This document shows positions 18,165 through 27,915 of a DNA stretch of 64,000 bases, piece after piece (within the stretch, counting starts at the first letter, position 1; the number at the start of each line of letters is the position of its first letter). The notes beneath the pieces are model-generated. The model was not told the DNA's origin. It worked only from the letters and a program-made list of their open reading frames with translations, and did no database searches. The translations under genes and the position numbers were made by a program. This DNA is from Euryarchaeota archaeon UBA552. Its GTDB lineage: Archaea; Thermoplasmatota; Poseidoniia; Poseidoniales; Thalassarchaeaceae. The stretch spans positions 32,147-96,146 of the forward strand of contig DAMH01000002.1 of the NCBI GenBank assembly GCA_002499585.1. Direction: 5' to 3'.

Positions 18165-19331
18165 ATGAGCATTCAAGAACCCTGTCGGGCTTCCACGTGT
18201 CCCATGCCCATGCCGACCTCGCCGCCCTCACTCACCAACCCGAGTGTTCTGGCAAGGTACCCATTCCTACCTCAGGCAAGATCACACATGAGGAGCCTAT
18301 TCGAGGAGAACGCTATTGACATAGACTCCATTATTGATCAGGGGTGGCTAGAGGAAGCTAGATCCTTAGGCCGGTTGAGGCTTGTGGAGTCCATCATGCA
18401 CAAATCCGATGCAGACCCAGTATCATCTGTCGACCTTGCCGACGAAGGCTCCAGGCTGTTCTCCGTTGCGGCGTATCAATATGCATTCATGGTGGTATGT
18501 GCATCATTCGATGAGAGGCTAGTCTCTAGGTGGGCAGAGGGCGAATCAAGTCTCGCAGATAGAAACCTCGGCCTGGATTCTGAGTTTTTTGAAGCTATTG
18601 TCAAAACATACATTTCGTCTATGAAAACCGAATTAAAAAACGGACAGGAGGTCCATTCAGTCCCGATTTCTGATTTTTTAGAACTATGCCCAAAGATTTC
18701 AGGATCATACTGGCGACTTGTCAACAGACCGGTGAAAAATGGATGGGTCGCCCTGGAGCCGGCATCAGGAGAGACCAGTGCCCAGCGAGTTGCGAGATTG
18801 GTGAAAGAAAGAGTACGGGAGGAGTTAATCTCGAGAAGTCGCGAAAATATGACAAAGATGTCAGAGAAGTTGGCAGACAGATTGGGCGATGAAGTCACAA
18901 GGGTGACTGAACTTCTTGGTTCGCAGATCAGGTCGGAAGTACCCATTTCAGCCGCAGTACGTGATGATTGGCCACCCTGTTATTCAATTTCGATTGAAGA
19001 ATTGGCTTCCGGTGTCAACGTCAACCATGTCGGTCGAGTCTTCGTCGCAGCTATGGGAAAAAGCATGGGCCTCCCACTTGAAATGACTTGCTCTTTTTTT
19101 GAGGGAGCCCCTGATTACGACCCCCAGACTACTTCGTATCAGGTTAGCCATGTCTATGAAAGGGAGTATACCCCACACGGGTGTGGAGCGCTGAAAGCTG
19201 CAGCAAGGTGCCCTGTTGGCCCGGGCGACGATCGACTATGTGATCAGGAGTGGTTAACCCATCCACTGAAGTACCTTCGAGCAAAACAGAGAACAAGGGC
19301 CAAATTGGAAGCAGGCCTACAGTCGGAGTAA
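18165..19331 (+). CDS. priL: DNA primase large subunit PriL
   Basis: WPPCY...NHVGRVFVA motif and a C-terminal Cys cluster (HGCGALKAAARCP ... RLCDQEW.THPLKY) of the Fe-S domain. Start trimmed to the ATG at 18165 to remove overlap with the opposite-strand gene. Confidence 0.75.
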   Translation: MSIQEPCRASTCPMPMPTSPPSLTNPSVLARYPFLPQARSHMRSLFEENAIDIDSIIDQGWLEEARSLGRLRLVESIMHKSDADPVSSVDLADEGSRLFSVAAYQYAFMVVCASFDERLVSRWAEGESSLADRNLGLDSEFFEAIVKTYISSMKTELKNGQEVHSVPISDFLELCPKISGSYWRLVNRPVKNGWVALEPASGETSAQRVARLVKERVREELISRSRENMTKMSEKLADRLGDEVTRVTELLGSQIRSEVPISAAVRDDWPPCYSISIEELASGVNVNHVGRVFVAAMGKSMGLPLEMTCSFFEGAPDYDPQTTSYQVSHVYEREYTPHGCGALKAAARCPVGPGDDRLCDQEWLTHPLKYLRAKQRTRAKLEAGLQSE

Positions 19332-19399
19332 CCCTCGCTACTCAAACGCACGTGCAAACAATTCAAATCTCCAACCGTTCCTGCCTATATTGAGCCACT

Positions 19400-20518
19400 A
19401 TGGTTAGAACGCTGGTCATCTCGGTTGATCGTGACAATGATCTGGGAGTGAAAGCTGGGGTAAGAGGTCCTGTGATCGGACGAAAAGCTACACTGACAGC
19501 AGCATTGAGACTGGGCATTGCCGATCCAGAAGAGAGCGATACAAACGCAATAATGGGCGCTCTTCATCATCATGACAGACTTGTGGAAAAATCTGACACT
19601 GGTGACGGCGTAGAAGTCGCTATTCTGACAGGTGATGTCAGAGTCGGGCCCAGAAGCGATAGGGCCATTGCAAGCCAGCTCGACGAAGTTATACGACTGT
19701 TTCAACCAGATACAGCAGTACTTGTTACAGATGGTGCCGAGGACGAAGCTTCTCTCCCAATAATCTCATCCAGAGTGAGAATAGACCACATTGAGAAGAT
19801 AATTGTGAGGCAATCTAAAGGGATTGAAAGTACATATTACTACATAGCCAAGGCAATCGAAGATCCAAGATGGCGAGCAAGACTTTTGGTGCCAATAGCG
19901 ACTTTCCTCCTCATCCTTGGTCTAGGGCTAATTTTACCCCGCTACGGCAACATACTGATCGGCTCACTCCCATTAATTATCGGAGGATGGATACTAGCCA
20001 AAGGTCTTGGTTGGGAGCAGCAACTTGAACGGCTATTTGATGACATGAGAAGCAGTGCCTCTGGCGGACTCTTCTCATCGTTGCTTTGGGCAGTATCTGT
20101 GGTTTCCGTTCTTTTCAGCATACTGGCCGCTTTCGATATATTCACGGACAAAGTAGCCTACGGTGATAGATCTAACCTATGGATCTGGGCCAGGGCAATA
20201 GACGAGGCCCTACAGTGGTTAGTGATAGCTGGAGTATGCTTTTCACTATCTTTGGGAGTCTTGCGCTGGAAAGAGGGGACTTTCAGAGGACAGTCAATAC
20301 TCATGATAGGAGTGGGACTCGTAGCTTACACCTTCATTAATGCCACCGTGGACCTATTGCAAGAGTGGCCGAATTACCAACCCTCAGTGTCCACGGTCGT
20401 CGATGACTGGGGGCTACCATTCATGTCTGTCGTGTTTTATTATCTCCTCAGAGTGGTCGTTGACTCTCTGAGAAATGAAGATGAAGACCCCAACGCGAAT
20501 AGACATTGGGGCATTTAA
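19400..20518 (+). CDS. DUF373-family archaeal membrane protein
   Basis: N-terminal soluble domain (LVISVDRDNDLGVKAGVRGPVIGR) followed by about 6 TM helices, matching DUF373 architecture from memory. Confidence 0.5.
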   Translation: MVRTLVISVDRDNDLGVKAGVRGPVIGRKATLTAALRLGIADPEESDTNAIMGALHHHDRLVEKSDTGDGVEVAILTGDVRVGPRSDRAIASQLDEVIRLFQPDTAVLVTDGAEDEASLPIISSRVRIDHIEKIIVRQSKGIESTYYYIAKAIEDPRWRARLLVPIATFLLILGLGLILPRYGNILIGSLPLIIGGWILAKGLGWEQQLERLFDDMRSSASGGLFSSLLWAVSVVSVLFSILAAFDIFTDKVAYGDRSNLWIWARAIDEALQWLVIAGVCFSLSLGVLRWKEGTFRGQSILMIGVGLVAYTFINATVDLLQEWPNYQPSVSTVVDDWGLPFMSVVFYYLLRVVVDSLRNEDEDPNANRHWGI

Positions 20519-20558
20519 TCCAATTTTTGGCATCAACCAGGTTTCCCGGTGAAGACAA

Positions 20559-22214
20559 TCAAAGCAGCCCCCTTGAGCGAATCCTTTCCATGTACCTTGA
20601 ATAGTTACCAGGCCATACGACGACCCTTCCGTCGCCGGGTAGTTCCCAAATCGTATCACAAATCCTATCCAGAAACCACCTGTCGTGACTAACTGTTATT
20701 ATACTTCCATCATAACCATTCAAAGCATCTTCCAGTGCTTCCTTAGCATCGGTATCAAGGTGATTCGTCGGTTCATCCAGAAGCAAGAGATTGTTCTCTT
20801 CTAGGAGCAACTTCAACAGCGCTATCCTTGCCCTTTCCCCTCCACTCAGGGCTTTCAATTTGGTCTGGACCATGTCTTTTGTGAACTGAAATTGCCCTAA
20901 AAGTGCCCTTATATCACCATAATCCATCCTCGGCTTCAAAAACTTGATTTGTTCTACGGGGGTTAGTTCGAAATCGAGTGATCGGTGGTCCTGATGGAAG
21001 TATCCTATTTTGACACCGGGGCGGATGTCTACCTCTCCACTGTCTAATTTTAACTCTCCAATTATCGACCTCAATAGAGTCGTTTTGCCCACACCATTAC
21101 CTCCAACGACCCCAATCTTTTGCCCCCTCCTAACACCAATTTCTATCCCGTTGAAGATCGGGTTATTCATGCCCGTGAAAGAAAGGCTTCCATCACTAAT
21201 GTCTAAAACCTCTAAACTAGATTTCTCGCTAGACTCTAAAGTGAACTTCAAACTTCTTCTGGATCTGGGCCTAAGTGAACGCAGCCACTTCAATTCTCTT
21301 TGTGTCCTGTTGATCATGACATGTTTTTGAGATATCGATTTGTCATATTTGTTCGCCGATTTCATGGATTGCACAGCACCCTTCAGACGACTTAGCTCTT
21401 TCTTTGATTTGGAAATTCGATCTTCCAAAGTACTCAGGAAATGTTTTTTCTGCTTCAAATATGATGAGTAGTCGCCCGTGTATCCAGCGACATGCGCATC
21501 TTGAACTTCCAAGATTGCGTTGCAGACCTTATCGAGAAAATATCTGTCATGGCTAACCACAACAATGGCTCCGTTAAAGTTTGACAAAAACCGCTCCAGC
21601 CAATCGAGAGTCCTAAGATCGAGATGGTTCGTTGGCTCGTCAAGGAAGAACACTTCTATCTCAGACAGACCGACAAGTTGTCTGGCAAGGGCGACCTTTG
21701 CTCTCTCTCCGCCCGAGAGGAATTCAAGCCTCGTATCCATTGGGTGTTGAGACAGGTCAAGTGCCCGAAGGATCTCTTGGGCTTGGCCGGCCACATTGGA
21801 ACCCCCCGATTTAACATTCATACTTTGAAGCTCTTGATATCGATCAATATCTGCTTGCCAATCTCCCTCATAGAACGAGGGATCTGCCATTCTTCGCTCA
21901 ATATCAGCTAGCTCGGAATCTATCTCCTCAAACTGACGACCTTTTCGACTTAACTCCTCCTCCAATGTCGCATTTTCGTCAATGTCCCTTATTTGTGTCA
22001 AAAAGGCTATTCTCAAGCCTGGTGCAAATGTAATTTCCCCCAGGTCCTGGTCTTGTTCTGATATTGTTCTGAGTAACGTCGTCTTCCCAGCACCATTATG
22101 CCCTACGATCCCTATCCTGTCGCCTTCCTCAATTCTGACATTCACACCTTCAAGGACTGTCGTTGGACCGAACGACCTGTGGACGCCTTCAAGGCGTATC
22201 AACTCCCTGACCAT
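20559..22214 (-). CDS. ABC-F family ATPase (two ABC cassettes, no TMD)
   Basis: Two Walker A (GHNGAGKTT, GGNGVGKTT), two LSGGE signatures and two Walker B (FLDEPTNHLD, LLDEPTNHLD). The track start at 22286 is GTG; ATG at 22214. Confidence 0.9.
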   Translation of the reverse strand: MVRELIRLEGVHRSFGPTTVLEGVNVRIEEGDRIGIVGHNGAGKTTLLRTISEQDQDLGEITFAPGLRIAFLTQIRDIDENATLEEELSRKGRQFEEIDSELADIERRMADPSFYEGDWQADIDRYQELQSMNVKSGGSNVAGQAQEILRALDLSQHPMDTRLEFLSGGERAKVALARQLVGLSEIEVFFLDEPTNHLDLRTLDWLERFLSNFNGAIVVVSHDRYFLDKVCNAILEVQDAHVAGYTGDYSSYLKQKKHFLSTLEDRISKSKKELSRLKGAVQSMKSANKYDKSISQKHVMINRTQRELKWLRSLRPRSRRSLKFTLESSEKSSLEVLDISDGSLSFTGMNNPIFNGIEIGVRRGQKIGVVGGNGVGKTTLLRSIIGELKLDSGEVDIRPGVKIGYFHQDHRSLDFELTPVEQIKFLKPRMDYGDIRALLGQFQFTKDMVQTKLKALSGGERARIALLKLLLEENNLLLLDEPTNHLDTDAKEALEDALNGYDGSIITVSHDRWFLDRICDTIWELPGDGRVVVWPGNYSRYMERIRSRGLL

Positions 22215-22295
22215 GACTCTCCGAGCGTTGCCAAGTTGATGTTTGCATCGGTGAATATCAAATGAATCAAAGGCTAATACCCACACGAATACTTC

Positions 22296-22529
22296 ATGGA
22301 ATCCACTATCAAAATTGAATGGAGGGGCAAACGCGAAAAAATAATCAGAGCCATCAACTCAATCAAACCTGATGATCCAGAGTCTTTTTCTGTCGAATTC
22401 ATGGAGGAAAATGAACTCGTGACCGCTATCGTGACAGTCACAGGTAAAACCCTATCAAGCGCGAAAACTACTGCAGATGATATTCTAGCCTGCCTTAGTG
22501 CTGCATCGCTGACAAGTGATTTAATTTAG
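22296..22529 (+). CDS. Small protein, possibly KEOPS subunit Pcc1-like
   Basis: 77 aa with a beta-beta-beta-alpha-like pattern and a C-terminal helix (TTADDILACLSAA) reminiscent of Pcc1. Weak call. Confidence 0.3.
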   Translation: MESTIKIEWRGKREKIIRAINSIKPDDPESFSVEFMEENELVTAIVTVTGKTLSSAKTTADDILACLSAASLTSDLI

Positions 22530-22613
22530 ATAGAAAGATAGAGTTATTTCCCACTGAAGCCATGTTGTTGAAAAAAACACTTGTTAATAGCCCACACGTT
22601 GATGGGGAAGGTT

Positions 22614-22703
22614 ATGAACACGGGACAGATACTCGCATTCTTGATTGGTACTTATGCATCGTTCGCCATAGCTGCTATGGCCGCCACACCATTGCTAGCA
22701 TGA
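22614..22703 (+). CDS. Candidate 29-aa hydrophobic micropeptide
   Basis: ATG preceded by GGGGAAGG. Translation MNTGQILAFLIGTYASFAIAAMAAT PLLA gives a single TM-like helix. Not in the ORF track because it is under 60 aa. Confidence 0.2.
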   Translation: MNTGQILAFLIGTYASFAIAAMAATPLLA

Positions 22704-22756
22704 AAAAACCAAGCAAGATCACGCTCACTGACGATTATATTGGATAACGACCCCAG

Positions 22757-23665
22757 ATGACCATGGGACTGCCTCATGATAGAGCGCATCTTCTCTGGAA
22801 TGATGGCCCAACTAGAAGATTCAAGAAGTCAATAGAATCTTGGGTCAACGCCATGTACACCGATGATCCGTCTATGAGCGAGTCACACGATGTAAGGAGA
22901 GCAAGGTCTACAATTGTTGCAAAATCCAGCGGCGTTCTGTGCGGGGAACCAGTACTCAATCACTTGTTCAATCGATATTGTCACAATCATGAAATGCACT
23001 GGAGATTTCATGAGGGTAGTAAATTTCAGTGTGGGGACGTGTTGCTCGAAGTAACAGGCAACACAGGGGACCTCCTCAAAATCGAAAGGGTTTGCATGAA
23101 TGTAATAACAAGGTTGAGCGGTATAGCAACATCAACTTCCGAATGGCAAGAAAAAACTCATCCAGTTCGCTTAGCGGCTACTAGAAAGACCAACTGGGGC
23201 GTACTGGATAAGTGGGCAGTACATACTGGCGGAGGGTTAACTCATCGGCTCGATCGCTCTGATGGAATCATGATAAAAGAGAATGATTTTGCAGTCTCAG
23301 ACTCGCCTGAATTCTCTCTTATAGAGGCAAAATCGAAATTAACTGATTTTCTTGTTGTCGAGGTTGTTTCTGCTGAGCATGCATTTAGAGCAGCAAAATG
23401 TTGGGAAAAAATTCTTGTCGACCCTGCCTCATGCGATCGAATCACTCTTTTGTTGGATAACCTAGATCCAGATGGTTGCACCGGTATTGCCGACATCGTA
23501 TCCTCCATGGGCCTAAGAGACTCAGTAATCTTGGAGGGTTCCGGGGGGGTGAAGTGGGATAATCTGCATCATTGGGCCAAATCTTCAGTGGACGTAGTAT
23601 CCTCAGGAACGCTTACAATGGAATCCAGTGTTGTGGATATGACGATGTTGATGGAGGCTTGCTGA
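22757..23665 (+). CDS. nadC: Nicotinate-nucleotide (quinolinate) phosphoribosyltransferase-like
   Basis: ATRKT..G..DKWAV.TGGG..HR...SDGIMIKEN pattern of QPRTase. The stop overlaps the next start (TGATG). Confidence 0.75.
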   Translation: MTMGLPHDRAHLLWNDGPTRRFKKSIESWVNAMYTDDPSMSESHDVRRARSTIVAKSSGVLCGEPVLNHLFNRYCHNHEMHWRFHEGSKFQCGDVLLEVTGNTGDLLKIERVCMNVITRLSGIATSTSEWQEKTHPVRLAATRKTNWGVLDKWAVHTGGGLTHRLDRSDGIMIKENDFAVSDSPEFSLIEAKSKLTDFLVVEVVSAEHAFRAAKCWEKILVDPASCDRITLLLDNLDPDGCTGIADIVSSMGLRDSVILEGSGGVKWDNLHHWAKSSVDVVSSGTLTMESSVVDMTMLMEAC

Positions 23666-24468
23666 TGGATATTCATACCGATCATCCGAGAAGAAAATCT
23701 CTGGCTTCGAGACAGAAGATCGTAGATGCACAAGCTGCGGGGATGCTGGCCGACTCAGCTCTGATAGCCCATGGCAGAGGAGAAGCCTTTGACTACCTGC
23801 TGGGAGAGAAAACAATTGATTCAGCCAGGCAATCCCAAAGAGAGGCTGTCAATAGACTATTCTCAGCTCAGGAACCGGTAATTTCAATGAACGGGAACTC
23901 TACGATTTTAGCAGGTAAAAATGCAGTCAGGCTTGCAGCCCTGACAGGGAGCAAACTGGAAGTCAACATATTCTACAGAACAGAAAAAAGAATGAATCTT
24001 CTACTTGAAAAAATGAAGTTTATGAAAGATGAAGTGATGGCATCCCGACCACCAAAACGCTTCACAGTAGTCGAATGGAAGCAGTTAGTAAGTCAAGTTG
24101 AGATACTCGGTGCCCATCAAGACTCCTTAATTCCAGGGCTGGAGGGCCCGAGGGCCCGATGCTGCTCTGGGGGGATATTTCAGTCGGATGTCATTTTAGT
24201 TCCCTTGGAGGATGGAGACAGATGCCAGGCACTGATATCAATGTCCAAACAAGTAATCGTGGTGGATCTCAATCCTCTGTCTCGCACTTCCAGATTTGCA
24301 ACAGTTACGATAGTGGACGAGGTGGCACGTGCTTTCAGCACGATGACAGATATGGCTGTAGAGGGCAAAGGAGATCCAGATATGGATTGGGACAATCAGT
24401 CTGTTCTGGAGAGCGCATTGAATGCGATTGGTAATTCTGCTCATCGAATTTCAGAATTGGACGATTAG
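23665..24468 (+). CDS. 4-phosphopantoate--beta-alanine ligase (archaeal phosphopantothenate synthetase)
   Basis: HPRRKSLASRQKIV ... ALIAHGRGEAFDYLLGEKT motif typical of COG1701/PPS. Start at the internal ATG 23665. Confidence 0.7.
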   Translation: MDIHTDHPRRKSLASRQKIVDAQAAGMLADSALIAHGRGEAFDYLLGEKTIDSARQSQREAVNRLFSAQEPVISMNGNSTILAGKNAVRLAALTGSKLEVNIFYRTEKRMNLLLEKMKFMKDEVMASRPPKRFTVVEWKQLVSQVEILGAHQDSLIPGLEGPRARCCSGGIFQSDVILVPLEDGDRCQALISMSKQVIVVDLNPLSRTSRFATVTIVDEVARAFSTMTDMAVEGKGDPDMDWDNQSVLESALNAIGNSAHRISELDD

Positions 24469-25649
24469 ACATTTGCCTCTTTCAAAAGTCCTTCAACCCT
24501 TGCTGCAATGGCATCACCTACCTCGGATGTGGAACCATTCCCCCCTATATCGTAGGTCTTGGGACCTTCTGATGCTAAGTGTTGGGCGATCGCTTCTTGC
24601 AGAACATTTCCATAGAATTCTAAAGTTGGATCAGATTTTCTAATGGCCAAGTTCTCTAACATCAATTGTAGTGATGAAATCATCGCAATTGGATTCACCC
24701 TATTCATTCCGGCGTGCTTGGGTGATGATCCATGCACTGGTTCAAACATCATGTGCCTGTCACCTAGGTTGGCAGAAGCAGCCATACCCATACCACCTTG
24801 AAGCACCGAAGCTAGATCTGTTGCTATATCCCCAAACATGTTGGGCAATACCACGACATCGAGATCTTCCGGATCTCTGACTAGCCACATTGTAAAAGCG
24901 TCGATGTAAGCTTCTTTTGCACCGATATCGGGGTATGAATTAGAGACTTCGCGAAACACCTTGCGGAATAGCTGACAACCTCTTAGCACGTTTGACTTGT
25001 CAACACACGTCACGCTCTGCGGGGTGCCAAATTTTGACGACCGTCTCTTTGCAAGATCGAAACAGAATCTGTGAATCCGCTCGCTCCCCATGCGTGAAAT
25101 CGGCCTTGGGTCCCAGCGTACTTCTCCCTCCAGTCCCGGGAATTTTTCTATGACTAGCTTCTCGTCCCTCTCACCAATAGCAGATTGGGCCATCCTCCTC
25201 AACAGGGAATGGTAGAGTCCTTCTGTATTCTCTCTGACCATCACAAGGTCGACCAGGGAAGAATCCCATATTTTCTTGTATTTTCCGTGTACTTTGTGGT
25301 TCACACCATCGTACAACTTAACTGGTCTAACATTGGCATACAAGTCAAGGCCGGATCTCAACCCAAGAATCACCTCCCCACCAGCAACGTCGCCGTTGGG
25401 AAGTCTGGCATCCGGCCAACCAATGGCCCCCAGTAGGATCGCGTCGCTCTCATCCCGACAAATTTCAAACGAACCCTCCGGCCATTGCTCTCCGGTCTCC
25501 AGGTAGTGTTGACCACCGCATGGAATAACTCTGATGTCGAATTTGACGGTGCCGTTAACTTGGAAGACGTCTAACACTTTCAGTGCCTCGGCCATGACTT
25601 CTCGGCCGGTCCCGTCTCCGGGGAGGGCGACAATGCGATACGCGGACAT
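24465..25649 (-). CDS. Isocitrate/3-isopropylmalate/tartrate dehydrogenase family enzyme
   Basis: RIVALPGDGTGREV N-terminus, VRENTEGLY, NMFGDIATDLASVLQGGMGMAASAN. Substrate not assignable by eye. Confidence 0.85.
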   Translation of the reverse strand: MSAYRIVALPGDGTGREVMAEALKVLDVFQVNGTVKFDIRVIPCGGQHYLETGEQWPEGSFEICRDESDAILLGAIGWPDARLPNGDVAGGEVILGLRSGLDLYANVRPVKLYDGVNHKVHGKYKKIWDSSLVDLVMVRENTEGLYHSLLRRMAQSAIGERDEKLVIEKFPGLEGEVRWDPRPISRMGSERIHRFCFDLAKRRSSKFGTPQSVTCVDKSNVLRGCQLFRKVFREVSNSYPDIGAKEAYIDAFTMWLVRDPEDLDVVVLPNMFGDIATDLASVLQGGMGMAASANLGDRHMMFEPVHGSSPKHAGMNRVNPIAMISSLQLMLENLAIRKSDPTLEFYGNVLQEAIAQHLASEGPKTYDIGGNGSTSEVGDAIAARVEGLLKEANV

Positions 25650-25747
25650 CGTACCTCCCAGAATGGAACCCTACATCAAGCAACCCCTAGTTCTGTTTAG
25701 GGAAAGGATCCACATTGTTCATAGACGTCCATGCAGAATTGAACCTC

Positions 25748-26350
25748 ATGGGTGGGGACGGCACTGCTGGAAAAAAGAGCCCAATCGATCTTACTGGTTT
25801 ACCTGAATCTGTAACACTGCTTTGCGACACCATGATCAGGATAGATCCCAACTGGAGCCTTGAAGAATGGCTTGATAGGTGTGCAAAAGAGGAACTTGAG
25901 TTGGCCGCATCTCACTTAGGAAGAGAGAAACTCAGATTGGAACAGAGATTGAGCAGAGTGAAGGACATTGCGAGGGATATGGGCAGAGATAACGAAATGA
26001 ATGCCCTAGTCAGGAACGATCCATTTCAGAGGAATTTGTTTGATGTATATGACGGAATTGAAACCACAACAAAGACCGATGTGGCTAAAATTCTGGAATC
26101 CGCTGCCAATGAACATCCTCCAATCACTGACGACGATCCTATGCTAGCGATGATCTCGGCTAGAATCCTCGACATGGCCGAGCAAGCTTCTGCCAACGGC
26201 TCTGACAGTATAACATGGGAGGAGGTCATATCAGAATTGATCCCGTCTGGATTGTTGGAGGAAGAGGTAGACGAAGCTATAGCCCATCTGGTCCAAAATG
26301 GACAGCTAATCGAGTTTAGATTTGGGAATTTCTCCATAAATGACATATGA
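25748..26350 (+). CDS. Acidic hypothetical protein
   Basis: Coding-like composition and no recognisable motifs. The track start at 25715 is TTG; first ATG at 25748. Confidence 0.4.
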   Translation: MGGDGTAGKKSPIDLTGLPESVTLLCDTMIRIDPNWSLEEWLDRCAKEELELAASHLGREKLRLEQRLSRVKDIARDMGRDNEMNALVRNDPFQRNLFDVYDGIETTTKTDVAKILESAANEHPPITDDDPMLAMISARILDMAEQASANGSDSITWEEVISELIPSGLLEEEVDEAIAHLVQNGQLIEFRFGNFSINDI

Positions 26351-26490
26351 TGTCTGTTTACCGAATCCGGAATATAAAGTGTAGAATATGGAATTTAAGA
26401 TATAGCAACAATGGAAGAAGTTAATTCCTATATCCTCTCTACTAGCATACATACTGTGTGGCCTGAAGGTGCAGATTGGAGCGTCCATAA

Positions 26491-27075
26491 ATGGGAATAC
26501 ATCCTAAGATAGGCATTACGGGACTTCCGAAGTCCGGCAAGTCTGCAGTTCTTGAGAAAGTAGTTAACATGATTACCAATGAACGGAAAGAGGAACGAAG
26601 AAGCCGTAATGATAGAACTCAAGGACAACCAATAATCGGTGGTATGAGAACAGAACCTATCTTGGAGGACGGAGTTAGAATCGGCTTCGAATGTGTAGAT
26701 ATCCTCACTGGGGATCGAGCAGTGATGGCACACAGAGACATAGACTCAAGAACTACGATCTTGGGGCTTGGCATCGATCCGACGGGTTTGGACAAGGTTG
26801 CAGTCCCTGCAATACAACGAACCATAGATACCTGCGAGATGCTTGTAATCGATGAAATAGGTAAGTTTTCTGTAGAGTCTGAAGCGTTTGTAAAGGCTGT
26901 TAGAGCCGCTCTTGAGTTCGACATGCCCACAGTCCTGACTCTTCACAAGAAATCTCGCCACCCCCTACTGCAAGACATAAGAAGAAGAGATGATGCACGA
27001 ATACTTGAGGTGACTCCGGTAAACAGAGCACTGCTCCCTTACAAAGTTCACAAACTGGTCAGAGAGACATATTGA
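26491..27075 (+). CDS. THEP1-like nucleoside-triphosphatase (COG1618)
   Basis: Walker A (GLPKSGKS), Walker B-like (LVIDEIGKF), about 190 aa. Confidence 0.6.
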   Translation: MGIHPKIGITGLPKSGKSAVLEKVVNMITNERKEERRSRNDRTQGQPIIGGMRTEPILEDGVRIGFECVDILTGDRAVMAHRDIDSRTTILGLGIDPTGLDKVAVPAIQRTIDTCEMLVIDEIGKFSVESEAFVKAVRAALEFDMPTVLTLHKKSRHPLLQDIRRRDDARILEVTPVNRALLPYKVHKLVRETY

Positions 27076-27113
27076 CCTTACTGATTGACAACCTAAACCC
27101 CCTCCGACCACTC

Positions 27114-27488
27114 ATGCGGACACCCGCTGACCGTGCTCGGAACGTCCTCCTGGGATTCTCATTTGCACTTTCATTAGTCTTAGCACTTGGATTAAGGAGC
27201 AACGCCATTCAACCCTTCGACTGCATATCGGGTAGCTGTTCCTCATCGAATTTGCTGGCTTTCATATTTACATTTTTGATAATCATGTCACTGTATGTAA
27301 GGTGGTCTTTGAATTCGGCTAGAGATGGCCACGCAAACAATTACTGGCTATCCGTCTTCGTGGACATAGACGAAAGGGATCTCTGGCACAGGCTTGAACA
27401 GGAGAGGATCGAGTCGAATGACATAGACAGGATTTCAGATGCATGGGCTCAATTAGAGGCCGGCATCGTAGATGATGAGACGGAGTGA
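27114..27488 (+). CDS. Small membrane protein, unknown function
   Basis: Two hydrophobic helices and an acidic C-terminus. The track start at 27072 is TTG; ATG at 27114. Confidence 0.35.
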   Translation: MRTPADRARNVLLGFSFALSLVLALGLRSNAIQPFDCISGSCSSSNLLAFIFTFLIIMSLYVRWSLNSARDGHANNYWLSVFVDIDERDLWHRLEQERIESNDIDRISDAWAQLEAGIVDDETE

Positions 27489-27531
27489 GCAAGCGAAACC
27501 TTGACCCCCTCATCCCCCTCCGCGAAATTAT

Positions 27532-27912
27532 ATGTCATCCATACCCGAAGGCCTCAGTTACACCGCCGAACACGAATGGGTTCGAATAGAGAATGAAGTT
27601 GCAACAATCGGCGTGACTGACTATGCACAGGATGCTTTGACAGATGTTGTATGGGTCGAATTACCGGTGATTGGAGATGTAGTCAAATCAATGGAGGCGT
27701 TTGCGAGCGTCGAATCTGTCAAATCCGTATCTGAGATATATGCACCTCTATCCGGAGAGGTTGTAGAAGTCAATGACAATCTTGAAACAGCGCCAGAAAC
27801 AATCAACTTGGATCCCTATGGAGAGGGTTGGATTTGCAAAATCAAATTAGACACTGATGACCTTTCAGGATTAATGAATCACGAGAAATACAGAGAATTG
27901 CTCGGTGAATAG
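27532..27912 (+). CDS. gcvH: Glycine cleavage system protein H
   Basis: Lipoyl-lysine motif (SVESVKSVSEIYAPLSGEV), EHEW, PYGEGW. Confidence 0.9.
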   Translation: MSSIPEGLSYTAEHEWVRIENEVATIGVTDYAQDALTDVVWVELPVIGDVVKSMEAFASVESVKSVSEIYAPLSGEVVEVNDNLETAPETINLDPYGEGWICKIKLDTDDLSGLMNHEKYRELLGE

Positions 27913-27915
27913 TCG

